Made by a program: the position numbers and the translations under genes. From an uncultured Solirubrobacterales bacterium (lineage in GTDB: Bacteria > Actinomycetota > Thermoleophilia > Solirubrobacterales > 70-9), in the NCBI GenBank assembly GCA_963739875.1, contig CAVUCD010000001.1, positions 379,691 through 443,690 on the forward strand: a DNA stretch of 64,000 nucleotides. The letters run 5' to 3'. A model generated the notes under the pieces. The model had not been told where the DNA came from and did no database searches. It saw only the letters and a list, made by a program, of their open reading frames with translations. Positions 21,913 to 36,488 of this stretch are shown here, in pieces (the first letter of the stretch is position 1; the number at the start of each line of letters is the position of its first letter).

Positions 21913-22998
21913 TTGAGCCCGACGCCAGCCCTTCTCGACGAACTTCTGCGCCCCGGCGCCCCCTCGGGCTACGAGGGACCGGCGGCGGCGGTCTGGCGCG
22001 AGGCGGCCTCGTTCGCCGAGCTCAGCAGCGACGGCCTCGGCTCCTCGATCGCGCGGATCGGCAGCGCCTCGCCGCTGCTCGCGGTGGTCGGCCACATCGA
22101 CGAGATCGGCCTGATCGTCACCCACATCGACGAGAAGGGGTTCATCTGGTTCGCCCCGGTCGGCGGCTGGGACCCGCAGATCCTGGTCGGCCAGCGGGTC
22201 GAGATCCGCGGCAAGAACGGGCCGGTGCTGGGCGTCGTCGGCCGCAAGCCGATCCACCTGCTCGAAGCCGACCAGCGCAAGAAGGTCGTCGAGCTGAAAA
22301 GCATGCACATCGACATCGGCGCCACCGACCGCGACGAGGCCGCCGAGCTGATCCGCGTCGGCGACCCGGCCGTGATCGCCGCCGAGCCGATGCCGGTCGT
22401 CGGCGAGCGCCTGGTCTCGAAGGCGATGGACAACCGCCTCGGCGCCTACGTCGCCCTGGAGAGCCTGCGCCGCTGCCACGAGCGCGGCGACCTCAAAGGG
22501 TCTTTCGCCGCGGTCGCCGCGGTCCAGGAGGAGATCGGCCTGTTCGGCGCCCGCACCGCCGCCTTCGAGGTCCGTCCGGACATCGCGATCGCCGTCGACG
22601 TCACCCACGCCACCGATGCCCCCGGCGTCGACGAGAAGGAGCTCGGCACCAGCCCGCTCGGCTCCGGCCCGGTGATCGGCCGCGGCTCCACCCTCTCCCC
22701 CAAGGTCTTCGAGCTGCTGGCCGAGACGGCGGAAGCGGAGGGCATCGAGCACTCGATCGCCGCCAGCGGCCGCGGCACCAGCACCGACGCCGACGTCCTC
22801 CAGATCTCCCGCGCGGGGATCCCCACCGGCCTGGTCTCGATCCCGCTGCGCTACATGCACTCGCCGGTCGAGATGTGCGACCTGCGCGACGTCGAGGCGA
22901 CGGTCGAACTGCTCGCCGCTTTTGCGGCCCGGCTCACGCCGACGTCGACCTCAGCCGCTGAGTCGTCGGCGGGGGTTTGGCGAGGAGGGGTTGGGTAG
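21913..22998 (+). CDS. M42 family metallopeptidase (glutamyl aminopeptidase/CelM-like)
   Basis: Intact 361 aa: VVGHIDEIGLIVTHIDEKGFI, SKAMDNRLGAY, AVQEEIGLFGA. Confidence 0.8.
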   Translation: MSPTPALLDELLRPGAPSGYEGPAAAVWREAASFAELSSDGLGSSIARIGSASPLLAVVGHIDEIGLIVTHIDEKGFIWFAPVGGWDPQILVGQRVEIRGKNGPVLGVVGRKPIHLLEADQRKKVVELKSMHIDIGATDRDEAAELIRVGDPAVIAAEPMPVVGERLVSKAMDNRLGAYVALESLRRCHERGDLKGSFAAVAAVQEEIGLFGARTAAFEVRPDIAIAVDVTHATDAPGVDEKELGTSPLGSGPVIGRGSTLSPKVFELLAETAEAEGIEHSIAASGRGTSTDADVLQISRAGIPTGLVSIPLRYMHSPVEMCDLRDVEATVELLAAFAARLTPTSTSAAESSAGVWRGGVG

Positions 22999-23048
22999 GC
23001 CTCTCCGGCGCGAACGGCGGGAGGCTTGAGAGCCTACCCAACCCCTCC
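22984..23048. terminator. Long inverted repeat between convergent genes (possible bidirectional terminator)
   Basis: Perfect 17-bp arms, GGAGGGGTTGGGTAGGC (22984-23000) and GCCTACCCAACCCCTCC (23032-23048), with partly paired interior. No U-tract on either strand. Confidence 0.45.
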
Positions 23049-23202
23049 CCACGAAGCTCCACCCCGTTCCCAAGGTAGCAGCTTCGAGGCCGGAAAGCTG
23101 CAAGGGACAAGTCTCCGCTTCGAGAGCTTCCGAGCGGAGGAGCAACCGGGCGTGCTCTGAACTGGGGTGGACGATGGGAGGCAGGTCCTCCGAGCTCCGG
23201 CC

Positions 23203-24261
23203 CTACTCGACGAGCTGAGCTCTTTGGGCAGCGTGCTGAGATTGCGGTAGCCGTCCTCGCCGACGACGACGAAGTCCTCGATCCGCACCCCGAGCTGGCC
23301 CGGCAGGTAGATCCCGGGCTCGACCGTGACCACTTCGCCCGCCGCCAGCACGTCGTCGGCGCGCGGCGAGAGCCGCGGCGCCTCGTGCACCTCGAGGCCG
23401 ACGCCGTGGCCGAGCCCGTGGCCGAAGCGCTTGCCGTAGCCGGCGGCGTCGATGATCTTGCGGGCGACCGCGTCGACCTCTTCGCCCTTGACGCCGGCCT
23501 TGACCGCCTCCAGCGACGCCAGCTGGGCCTCGAGGACGACGCCGTAGACCTCGCGGCCCTGCTCGCCCGGGTCGCCGGTGGCGTAGGTGCGGGTGCCGTC
23601 GGAGCAGTAGCCGTCGAGCATCGCCCCCATGTCGAAGACGATCAGCTCGCCGCGGCCGATCTCCCGCTCGCCCGGCTCGGCGTGCGGGAGGGCGCCGTTG
23701 GGGCCGGCGGCGACGATCGCCGGGAAGGAGGGGTCGCCGCCGAGCTCGCGGATCCGCGCTTCGGCGGCGCGGGCGACCTCGCGCTCGGTGCGCCCGGCGA
23801 AGCCGCGCTCGACGCTCCATTCCCAGACCTCGTCGGCGAGCTTCGACGCCGCTTCGATCGCCGCCAGCTCCTCGTCGTCCTTGACCCGCCGCAGCCGCTC
23901 GACCGTGCCCCCGGCCGGGACCGCCTCGACCCCCTCGCCGAGTTTCTCCCTCAGTTTCTCCAGCGTGCGGACCGACATCTGGTCGTCCTCGAAGCCGACC
24001 CTGCCCTCGAGCCGCTCGGCGATGCTCGCCAGCCAGTCGCCCTCGACCGTGATCGGCTCCCAGCCCTCGACCTCGGTCGCGGCGCGCTCGGTGTAGCGGA
24101 AGTCGGTGAAGAAGAGGCGCAGGCCGGGCCCGCAGACACAGGCCCCGTTGGTGCCGCTGAAGCCGGTCAGGTAGCGGACGTTGGTCAGGTCGGTGACCAG
24201 CATCCGGTCGAGCTCGGCGCTCGCCGAGCAGCTGCTCGAGCCGATCGCCGCGGCCGCGCAT
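23203..24261 (-). CDS. pepP: Xaa-Pro aminopeptidase (M24B), apparent frameshifts
   Basis: [43 protein letters not shown] 24261 ([12 protein letters not shown]) is in another frame (break near 24222). The tracked frame overruns ..LPKEL by ~60 codons, whereas the alternative frame ends ..QLVE at 23203. Confidence 0.85.
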   Translation of the reverse strand: MRGRGDRLEQLLGERRARPDAGHRPDQRPLPDRLQRHQRGLCLRARPAPLLHRLPLHRARRDRGRGLGADHGRGRLAGEHRRAARGQGRLRGRPDVGPHAGETEGETRRGGRGGPGRGHGRAAAAGQGRRGAGGDRSGVEARRRGLGMERRARLRRAHRARGRPRRRSADPRARRRPLLPGDRRRRPQRRPPARRAGRAGDRPRRADRLRHGGDARRLLLRRHPHLRHRRPGRAGPRGLRRRPRGPAGVAGGGQGRRQGRRGRRGRPQDHRRRRLRQALRPRARPRRRPRGARGAAALAARRRRAGGGRSGHGRARDLPAGPARGADRGLRRRRRGRLPQSQHAAQRAQLVE

Positions 24262-24713
24262 CAGCCCGACACGCCCAGCTCGTCGCGCCAGCAGCTCCAG
24301 CGCCTCGCGGTAGCCGTCGGGCCCCTTGCCGGAGATCTTCGCCAGCACCAGGCCGTCGAAGACCGAGACCTTGCGCCAGTCGTCGCGGTTCTCGACGTCG
24401 GAGAGGTGGACCTCGACCGCGGGCAGCCGGGCGACGTCGAGCGCGTCGGCGATCGCGCGGCTGTAGTGGGTCCAGGCGCCGGCGTTGATCAGCGAGGCGT
24501 CGGCCAGGTCCGGCAGCCGGTGCAGGTATTCGACGAACTCGCCCTCGGCGTTGGTCTGGAAGAAGATCGGTTCGAGGCCCAGCTCGCGCGCCCAGTCGTC
24601 GATCTTCTGCTCCAGCTCGCGCAGCGAGAGGCCGCCGTAGACCTCCGGGTCGCGGCGGTCGAGGATGTCGAAGTTGACGCCGTGCAGGACGGCGACGCGG
24701 TTGCGGGTGGTGG

Positions 24714-24717
<4 letters not shown>
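24261..24717 (-). CDS. aroQ: 3-dehydroquinate dehydratase, type II
   Basis: [31 protein letters not shown] 24717 overlaps the aroB stop (ATGA). Reaching TGA 24261-24263 needs a late frame change. Confidence 0.85.
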
Positions 24718-26254
<1,537 letters not shown>

Positions 26255-26259
26255 CGGCG

Positions 26260-27427
26260 TCAGCCCCTGAAGTCGATGCGCTTCTTGTACGCCTCGACGG
26301 CGGCGAGGACGTCGTCGATGTGGTCGCCGCCGAACTTCTCGCGGTAGCAGCGGGCGAGGGTCAGGCAGACCATCGCCTCGGCGACGACGGCGGCGGCGGG
26401 GACGACGGTCGAGTCGGTGCGCTCGCGCAGCGCCTGCGCCGGCTCCTTGGTCTCGGTGTCGACCGAGCGCAGCGGCTTGGTCAGGGTCGAGATCGGCTTG
26501 ATCGCGGCCCGGACCGAGAGCGGCAGGCCGTTGGTCATCCCGCCCTCGAGGCCGCCGGCGTGGTTGGTCTCGCGGTAGTAGCCGCGCTCGGGCGAGGAAG
26601 ATCTCGTCGTGGGCCTCGGAGCCGGGGCGGCCGGCGACGTCCCAGGCTTCGCCGATCGCGACGCCCTTGACCGACTGGATCGAGGCGACGGCGCCGGCGA
26701 GGCGGCCGTCGAGGCGGTCTTCCCAGGAGACGTGGGAGCCGAGCCCGGGGACGAGGCCGAAGCCGATCACCTCGAAGCTGCCGCCGAGGCTCTCGTTCGC
26801 CTTGCGCAGGCGGTTGATCTCCGCGACCATCGCCTTGCTCGCCTCCGGGTCGAGGCAGCGGACCGGGTCGTCGTCGACGCCGGCGAAGTCCTCCGGCTCG
26901 AGGTCGGTGCGCTCGGCCGCGCGGACCGAGGCGATCTGGATCACGTGGCTGTGGACCTCGACGCCGAGCGCGGTGAGGAAGCCGCGGGCGATCGTGCCGG
27001 CGGCGACCCGGGCCGCGGTCTCACGGGCGCTGGCGCGCTCGAGCACGTTGCGGATGTCGGAGTGGCCGTATTTCTGGGCGCCGACGAGGTCGGCGTGCCC
27101 GGGCCGCGGCAGGTGGACCTCGTCGGGCTCGAACCCCTCGACCGGCCAGGGATTCATCCGCTCCTCCCAGTTGGCGTAGTCGCGGTTGGCGACGAGGACG
27201 GCGATCGGGCTGCCGAGGGTGCGGCCGTGGCGCACGCCGGAGCGGATCTCGACGGTGTCGGTCTCGATCCGCATCCGCCCGCCGCGGCCGTGGCCGAGCT
27301 GGCGCCGGGCCATGTCGCGGTCGAGCGCCTCGCGGTCGAGCTCGAGCCCGGCCGGCATGCCCTCGACGATCGCCACGAGCCCCGGCCCGTGCGACTCCCC
27401 CGCGGTGGTGAAACGGAACGTCGTCAT
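26260..27427 (-). CDS. aroC: Chorismate synthase, apparent frameshift
   Basis: MTTFRFTTAGESHGPGLVAIVEGMPAG..; the C-terminal part is ORF 26260..26538. Single break near 26590-26600 (..EIF / SPERGYYRETNHAGGLEGGMTNG). Confidence 0.9.
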
Positions 27428-27499
27428 CGGCCGCCAAGGCTATCGGCGCGGCGATCGTCGAGTTGACCACCCGGCGCCGGGTCCAGGCAAACCGCCGGT

Positions 27500-28341
27500 T
27501 CAGCCACGGGCAGCGGCGCGCATCACGTCGATCGGCGCCTCGCGGCCGGTCCAGATCTGCAGCGAGAGGGCGCCCTGCTGGACGAGCACCTCGAGACCGT
27601 CGACGACGGTGGCGCCGCAGGCCCTCGCCGCCGCCAGCAGCGCGCTCGGGCGCTCGCCGTAGACCATGTCGACGACCACCTGCTCGGCGGTGAACTCGGC
27701 CCGGCGCCAGCGGCAGGTGCTCGAAGGGCTGCTCGCCGCCGAGGCCGACCGCGGTGGTGTTGACGATCAGTCCGTAGGCGCTCTGGATCGGCAGGTCGAC
27801 CGGAAGCCCCCCGATCTCAGCCGAGATCGCTTCGGCCCGGGCGCCGGTCCGGTTCCAGACGTCGACTTCGAGCGGCTCGCGGTTGGTGCGTCCCGACCCG
27901 GTGTCGCTGTCGACCGCCACGGCGCCCTTGGCGAGCGCCCAGAGCACCGCCCGCGCGGCGCCGCCCGCGCCCAGCACCAGCGCCCGCCGCGCCGGCAGGG
28001 ACTTCGGCAGCGACGCCAGCAGCCCGCGGGCGTCGGTGTTGTCGGCCTCGATCCGGCCGTCGGCGAAGGTCAGCGTGTTGGCGGCCCCGATCGCCGCCGC
28101 CGCGGCGCTCGACGTGTCGGCCAGCGCCAGCGCCGCTTCCTTGTGCGGCACGGTGACGTTGGCGCCGGCGAAGCCCTCCGCCGCCATCTCGCGCACCTTC
28201 GCCTCGAGGTCCTCCGGCGCGACCTCGATCGCCTCGTAGCTCCACTCGTCCCCCAGCCCGAGCGCGCGCCAGCGCCGCGTTCTGCATCGCCGGCGAGCGC
28301 GAGTGCCCGACCGGGAACCCGATCACCGCCAGCCGCGGCAC
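27500..28341 (-). CDS. aroE: Shikimate dehydrogenase, apparent frameshifts
   Basis: MPRLAVIGFPVGHSRSPAMQNAA (27817..28341 frame); NVTVPHK, NTD, LVLGAGGAARA (27021..28196 frame); the C-terminal part is in a third frame. Breaks near 28270 and 27700. Confidence 0.8.
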
Positions 28342-28342
28342 G

Positions 28343-29972
28343 CTATTCCACGCAGTCTCGAACGCTTCGTAGCGCTTGACGTCGCGTTCGAATTCGGCTT
28401 CGGTCTTGGAGAAGGCCAGGTTCTTGCAGTCCGGTGAGGTGACGAAGAAGAGGTAGTCGGCCTTGGCCGGGTGAGCGGCGGCTTCGATCGCCGCCAGGCC
28501 GGGGCTGTCGATCGGGCCCGGCGGCAGGCCGGTGTGGTTGCGGGTGTTGTACGGGGAGCTCGGATTCGAGCTGCGACTGGGTCAGCGGCTTGTCGTAGTT
28601 GCCGGTCGCGAAGCGGACGGTCGCGTCGCTGCCGAGCGAGATCCCTTCGTGCAGGCGGTTGTAGAAGACCGCCGCGACGAGCTTGCGCTGGCTCGGCACC
28701 CCCGCCTCGTGCTCGATGATCGAGGCGATCGTCAGCACGTCGAAGACGGTCAGGTTTTTCGACTTCGCGTAGCTCATGTCGACGCCCTTGATCCTCTTCT
28801 TGAAGTCCTGCAGCTGCAGCTGGACGAGGTCGGCGACCGGCGTCTTCGGCTTCAGTTCCCAGGTGTCGGGGAAGAGGAAGCCCTCGAGGTTCTTGGCCCC
28901 CTTGCCGCCGTATTCGGCCGGGTTCAGGTACTTCGACTTGACCGTCTCCTTCATGTAGTCGCCGGTGAGGCCGTCTTCCTTCACCAGCTGCGCGGTCTGG
29001 GGGCGGCTGTAGCCCTCGGGGATCGTGACCGTGGTCACCCGCTTGCTCTGGAGGCTTCGGTGAGGGCGTCGATCGCGGCGCCGTAGCTCATCCCGTGGGC
29101 GAGGGTGAAGTGGCCCGCGTAGAGATCGGAGCGCTTGCCGTCGAGCGTGACCCGGATCTGGAACAGGGTCGAGTTGTCGATCACGCCCTTCTTGTCGAGC
29201 AGGTCGCCGACCTCGCTGACGCTCGAGCCCTTCGGGAATCGTCACCTGGACCTTGCCGCTGCCGTCGCCATGGAAGGGCTGGAACAGCGCGAAGAGGAAC
29301 CAGACGACCAGCAGCGCGAAGATCGCCGCGATGATGCGGAAGGGGTGGCGGCGCAGGGCGCCGAAGAAGCCGCCGCCCTCCTTCCCGCGACCGCCGCGGC
29401 CGCCACGACCGGCGCGGCCCCGGCCATCTCCGGGTCGCCGTCGTCGTCGAAGCCCCAGTCCTCTTCCGGCAGCTCGTGTTCCCAGCTCTGCTCGGCGGCG
29501 GGTTCGGGGAGGACGGGCTCCGGCGGCACGGGCTCGGGAGCGACCGGTTCCGGCGTGGAAGGCGCGCGGCGGGAGGCCGGGCGCTCGCCGCCGCGGCAGC
29601 CCCGGCGCGCGGCGCTGTCGGCCGGCGACGGCGGCGCCTTGGCCGCCGGCTCTCCGGGCCCTTCTCGGTCGGCGGCGCGCGGCTCGGCTTCGCGCCAGGC
29701 GCCGGCTCGTCCGCCGGCTTCGCGCCGGCCGCCGGCTCCTCCACGGGCGGGTCCTCGTCCCAGAACTCCTGCTCGGGCGTGCGCGGCGGTTTCGGCGGCT
29801 CGGCGGGGCCTGCGGCTCGGGCGGCGGCGCCTTCGCCGCTTCCTTCGCGCTCTTCTTCTCTTCGCGCTGGCGGCGCTTCTCTTCGCGCTCGAGCCGCCGT
29901 TGCTCGCGCTCGCGGGCCGCCGGGTCGTCGGGATTCGGCGAAGGGGTCGCCGCCCGGGTAGTCGTCGCTCAT
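28343..29972 (-). CDS. mltG: Endolytic transglycosylase MltG (YceG-like) with low-complexity N-terminus, apparent frameshifts
   Basis: YceG core in ORF 28343..29245 ([31 protein letters not shown]). The Pro/Ala/Glu-rich N-terminal region and [22 protein letters not shown] are in other frames. The ATG near 29972 overlaps the ruvX stop. Confidence 0.75.
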
Positions 29973-30370
29973 GACTCCCTCCCCTCGGCCGCGTCGAGGC
30001 TGGCCAGATAGTCCTGCAGCAGGTGGGCGGCGGCGATCGAGTCGCGCGCCGCGCTGGCGCCCGCGCGCCGGCTGGCGTCGGCCATCCGGGTGGTCAGGCG
30101 CTCGTCGTAGGTCTCCACGGGCACCGAAAGCATCGCTTCCAGTTCGGCGCAAAAACTGCGCGCCAGCGCCGCCTGGCTGCCCTCCTCGCCGCTGAGGTGC
30201 CGCGGCAGCCCGACCACGACCCGCTCCACCCCGTGCTCGTCGACCAGCTCCGCCACCGCCCGCGGCTCCGGCGGTTCGATCACCGGCAGCGGCGTCGCCA
30301 GGGTTCCGCTCGGGTCCGAGAGCGCGGCGCCCATCCGCACCGTGCCGTGATCGAGGGCGAGGACGCGCAT
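29969..30370 (-). CDS. ruvX: Holliday junction resolvase-like protein RuvX/YqgF
   Basis: 133 aa from ATG 30370: [31 protein letters not shown]. Confidence 0.85.
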   Translation of the reverse strand: MRVLALDHGTVRMGAALSDPSGTLATPLPVIEPPEPRAVAELVDEHGVERVVVGLPRHLSGEEGSQAALARSFCAELEAMLSVPVETYDERLTTRMADASRRAGASAARDSIAAAHLLQDYLASLDAAEGRES

Positions 30371-30374
30371 CCGC

Positions 30375-33062
<2,688 letters not shown>

Positions 33063-33127
33063 GTGAGGGAGCCTAAATATTTCGCAGACAGAATGAGGAT
33101 GGGTCGCGGCGGCGCTTGGGGGAGCGG

Positions 33128-34172
33128 CTAGGCCGGCGCGACGATCGTGCCGTGGCCGACGATCGTCTCGCCCTCCAGCAGCACCGCCGTCTGGCCCGGC
33201 GAGGCGCCGGCGAACTCGCTCGCCGAGCTCGACCTCGAGGGCCTCGTGGCGGCCGGCGCCGGCGGTGCCGATCGAGGCCGGCAGGGCGCGCGAGTGGTAG
33301 CGCAGGCGGACCGCGTCGACGCGGGCGCCGTCGCGGTGCAGGATCGCGTCGCGGATGCTGACGCGGCGGGTTTCGAGCTCCTCGCGGGTGCCGACGGTGA
33401 CCGTGTTGGCGGCGGCGTCGGTGGCGATCACGTAGAGCGGCTCGGGCGCGGAGACGCCGATCCCGCGGCGCTGGCCGACGGTGAAGTTGTGGTGGCCGCG
33501 GTGGCGGCCGACGGCGCGGCCGGAGCGGTCGAGCACGGCGCCGTCGCGGTCCTCGAGGCCGCCGTGGCGGCGCAGGAAGCCGCGCTTGCCCTGGCCGGCG
33601 AGGAAGCAGAGGTCCTGGCTCTCGGCCTTGCGGGCGACGGCGAGGCCGTGGCGGGCGGCGATCTCGCGCACCTCCGGCTTGGTCAGCTCGGTCAGCGGGA
33701 AGCCGAGCCGGCCGAGCAGCTCCGGCGGCAGCGCCGCGAGCATGTAGCTCTGGTCCTTGGCTTCGTCGGCGGCCGAGGCGAGCAGCGGCCCGTCGGCGTC
33801 CTCGACGATGCGCGCGTAGTGGCCGGTCAGCAGGCGCTCGGCGCCGAGCCGCTCGGCGAGGTCGATCATCGCCGCCAGCCGCACCTCGCCGTTGCAGAGG
33901 ACGCAGGGGTTCGGCGTGCTGCCCTCGGCGTAGCCGGAGACGAAGCGACCGACCACGCGGCGGCGGAATTCCTCCTCGAGGTCGAGGGTGAAGTGCGGGA
34001 TGCCGAGCGAGTGGGCGAGCCCGCGGGCGCCGAGCACGGCCTCCGGCGAGCAGCAGGCCTTGGCGCCGTCGGTCTCGGGATCGGCCCAGAGCTTGACCGT
34101 GATGCCGACCACCTCCGCCCCGCGCTCGCGCTCGAGCAGCGCCGCGACGGCGCTGTCGACGCCGCCGGACAT
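33128..34172 (-). CDS. mnmA: tRNA 2-thiouridine(34) synthase MnmA, apparent frameshift
   Basis: PP-loop SGGVDSAVAA and NPCVLCN. The last ~30 codons (..GQTAVLLEGETIVGHGTIVAPA) are in another frame (break near 33215). The real start is probably a few codons upstream (RVAVAMSGG). Confidence 0.85.
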
Positions 34173-34253
34173 CGCGACGGCGACGCGCTCGCGGGGCGTG
34201 CCGGCGTCGCGAGGTCGCAGGTCGAGTGCGAGGCGCGCGAGGCGGCGCCGCGG

Positions 34254-34597
34254 TCAGGGCGCGGTGCAGGGCGTCGGTCGGCGAGCTGGGCGGCGTGGCG
34301 CTTGGCCGGGGTCAGGCCGCCGAGCGCCGCGTCGACGTCGTCGATGCCGAGCCGCGCCGCCTCGAGCACCGGCGCGCCGTCGACGATCTCGGCGACCGCG
34401 GCGGTGGCGGCCAGGGTCGCCCCGCAGCCCTCGGCGTCGAAGCTGACCGCGGCGATCCGCCCGTCCTCGACGGTGAGCGAGATCCGCGAGAGGTCGCCGC
34501 AGGCGGCGCCGCCGGCGGCGCCGGTGAAGGCGCCGTCGGGCGCCGGCCCACGCCGCGTCTCGTCGGCGAGGTAGTGCTCGAACAGCTCCCGGTCCAT
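34254..34597 (-). CDS. NifU/IscU-like Fe-S scaffold domain protein, 3' end uncertain
   Basis: MDRELFEHY..GAACGDLSRISL..FDAEGCGATLAATAAVAE..; the expected ..AELADDALHRAL lies in another frame, and the stop is assigned tentatively. Confidence 0.55.
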
Positions 34598-34759
34598 GGC
34601 TCAAGGGTAGGAGGTCGCGCTCTCAGCCGCAGAGGCCGGCAGTGCCGATGCGCAGGAGCGCCGAGCCGCTTGTGCTGCTCGACAATCCGCAGCCGTACTT
34701 CTCCTACGACGCCGTCAAACTCCGCACCGGTTGTCGAGGTCGGAGATCGACGGTTCGCG

Positions 34760-35742
34760 TCAATGCCCGCGGCGCGTCAGCAACCTCCGCAGGTCGGCGG
34801 CGATCGCCGCCGGTTCGTCGCGGAGCTGGCGCCAGGTGACCCGGGTCGACCGCCAGCCCTCGACGAGGAGGATCCGGTCGCGTTCCCGATCGCTCTCGAA
34901 CGCCTCGTCGGTCCCGTGAACTTCGCGCCCATCGAGCTCGAGCATCAGCCGCTGCTCATCCCAGATGCAATCCGGCTCGAAGAATCGCCCCCGAATCGCC
35001 AGCGTCGCGTTGAGCCGCGGCCGCGGCAGCCCGTTGGCGTCGAGAAAGGCGACGAACCGCTCCTCGAAGTCGTTGCGCGTGATCCCACCGGGCCGCTTCG
35101 AGCCGAGCAGCCCCCGCAAGTTCACCGCCCCGCGCCGCCGCGGATAGCGCTCCAGCAGCTGCGGCAGCGACAACCGGCTGGTCAGCCGCCGCACCTTCGC
35201 CTCGTTCATCGCCCGCTCCAGCTGCCGCTCGGTCTGGACCGCGGCGAGGTCGAACAGCGTCCGCGACACCGAGGTCACGGGAATCCCATCCACCACCTCG
35301 AACTCGTCCGGTCGGCAGCACCGCCTGGTGCGCCCGAATCCCCGGCCGCTGCCTGAAACTCGCCGGGCGGGTCACTTCCGGCGCAATCGGCGACCGCGGA
35401 ACGATTCCCCAAAACTGACCCGCCGTGCGATGGCTGAGCACTGCTCCCGGCCCGCATGCGAGCACCGCAGCCATCCAGCGTCCCTCGACGGTGAGCGAGC
35501 GGTGGCCGACTGCATAGACGCCAGCGTGAATCACATGCAGCCGACCGCTCCTGAGGCGCTCCTTGGACGGCTCGCCTTCCCATCCCAATATCGAGAAGCT
35601 GTCGCCGGGCTACCACGCCGCGCTGTCGCCCCGCCAGCTCTGCCACTGCCAGATCCGGGCCTTCAGTCCTGCATTTGACCCGCCTGCCGTGCCAAATGCA
35701 GGACTCGCCAGCCGTTCTCTCGATGCGGCGCTCGTCGGCCAT
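34760..35742 (-). CDS. AbiEi-like N-terminal HTH plus DUF559 (Vsr-like endonuclease fold) protein, apparent frameshifts
   Basis: C-terminal ORF 34760..35296 (..CIWDEQRLMLELDGREVHG..RDRILLVEGWRSTRVTW). The middle is in 34956..35588 (RLRSGRLHVIHAGVYAVGH). The N-terminus is in 35275..35775 (LAGRQRGVVARRQLLDIG). Breaks near 35560 and 35290. Confidence 0.65.
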
Positions 35743-36202
35743 GCCCTCGAGCCTGCCGAGTGACCCCGCACCCATTGCGCGCGCTTCGCGCCGACTCCGT
35801 CAATTCCCAATCCAAAATCATCGCCTGTCGAGGGAAGGCGCGGTGGGTGGTTGGCGAGCGCCGGACCAAGCGAGGCAAGGACGCAGGGAGGCCGAATAGC
35901 AGCGCTATTTGGCCGACCGAGGACGCCGCATCGCGCCGGTCCGCCGCCGCCAGCCACCCGCCGCGCCCGACCGAGCCAGGCGAACTACAAAAGGCCCCAG
36001 CCCGCCGTTGCCGCCTCTGGCTTTGATCCCTTCAAATGAAGGTGGGTGCCTACTCCGGATCCCAAGGGACCAAGAGAAATCGGCTCCCGCGCCGTTTGTG
36101 TTGGGTCAAACGGTGAGACGGCTCTCGTACGGGCTCGAGCCTGGGCTAACCGTAGCACCGGGACGCCTGCGGAGGCGCCGGGGACGCGCTGAATCTCTTA
36201 CC

Positions 36203-36487
36203 TCAGTCGAGGTTGGAGAGATGCCACTCGGCCTCGCTCCAGCGATCGCCCGGCACCCGCAGGGCGATGTCGCCGTGGCCGAAGCGATCGAGCGGCCAGT
36301 CGGCGGTCAGCACCGCCTCGATCCCGGCCTCGACCAGCGCCTGGTGCCAGGCCCGCGCCGTCCTCAGGTCGGCGAAGTCGCGGACGACCTCCCAGCTGTC
36401 GAAGCTGGGGTCGTCGACGTAGACCGGCGTCTGGCCGGGGCCGGGAGCCGGGCGCCACGAGCGTGGAAGCCAGTCCCGGAGCCCCAT
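36203..36487 (-). CDS. Small hypothetical protein (DUF2007-like pattern)
   Basis: 94 aa with its start adjacent to the aspS stop. WEVVRDFADLRTARAWHQALVEAGIEAVL..GDIALRVP resembles DUF2007 proteins. Confidence 0.35.
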   Translation of the reverse strand: MGLRDWLPRSWRPAPGPGQTPVYVDDPSFDSWEVVRDFADLRTARAWHQALVEAGIEAVLTADWPLDRFGHGDIALRVPGDRWSEAEWHLSNLD

Positions 36488-36488
36488 C

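Noticed and set aside
35743-36202. Hidden RNase P, tmRNA, SRP or 6S RNA in the non-coding stretch.
   Set aside because: None of the conserved signature strings I know for these RNAs is present on either strand. A proper covariance-model scan is still needed.
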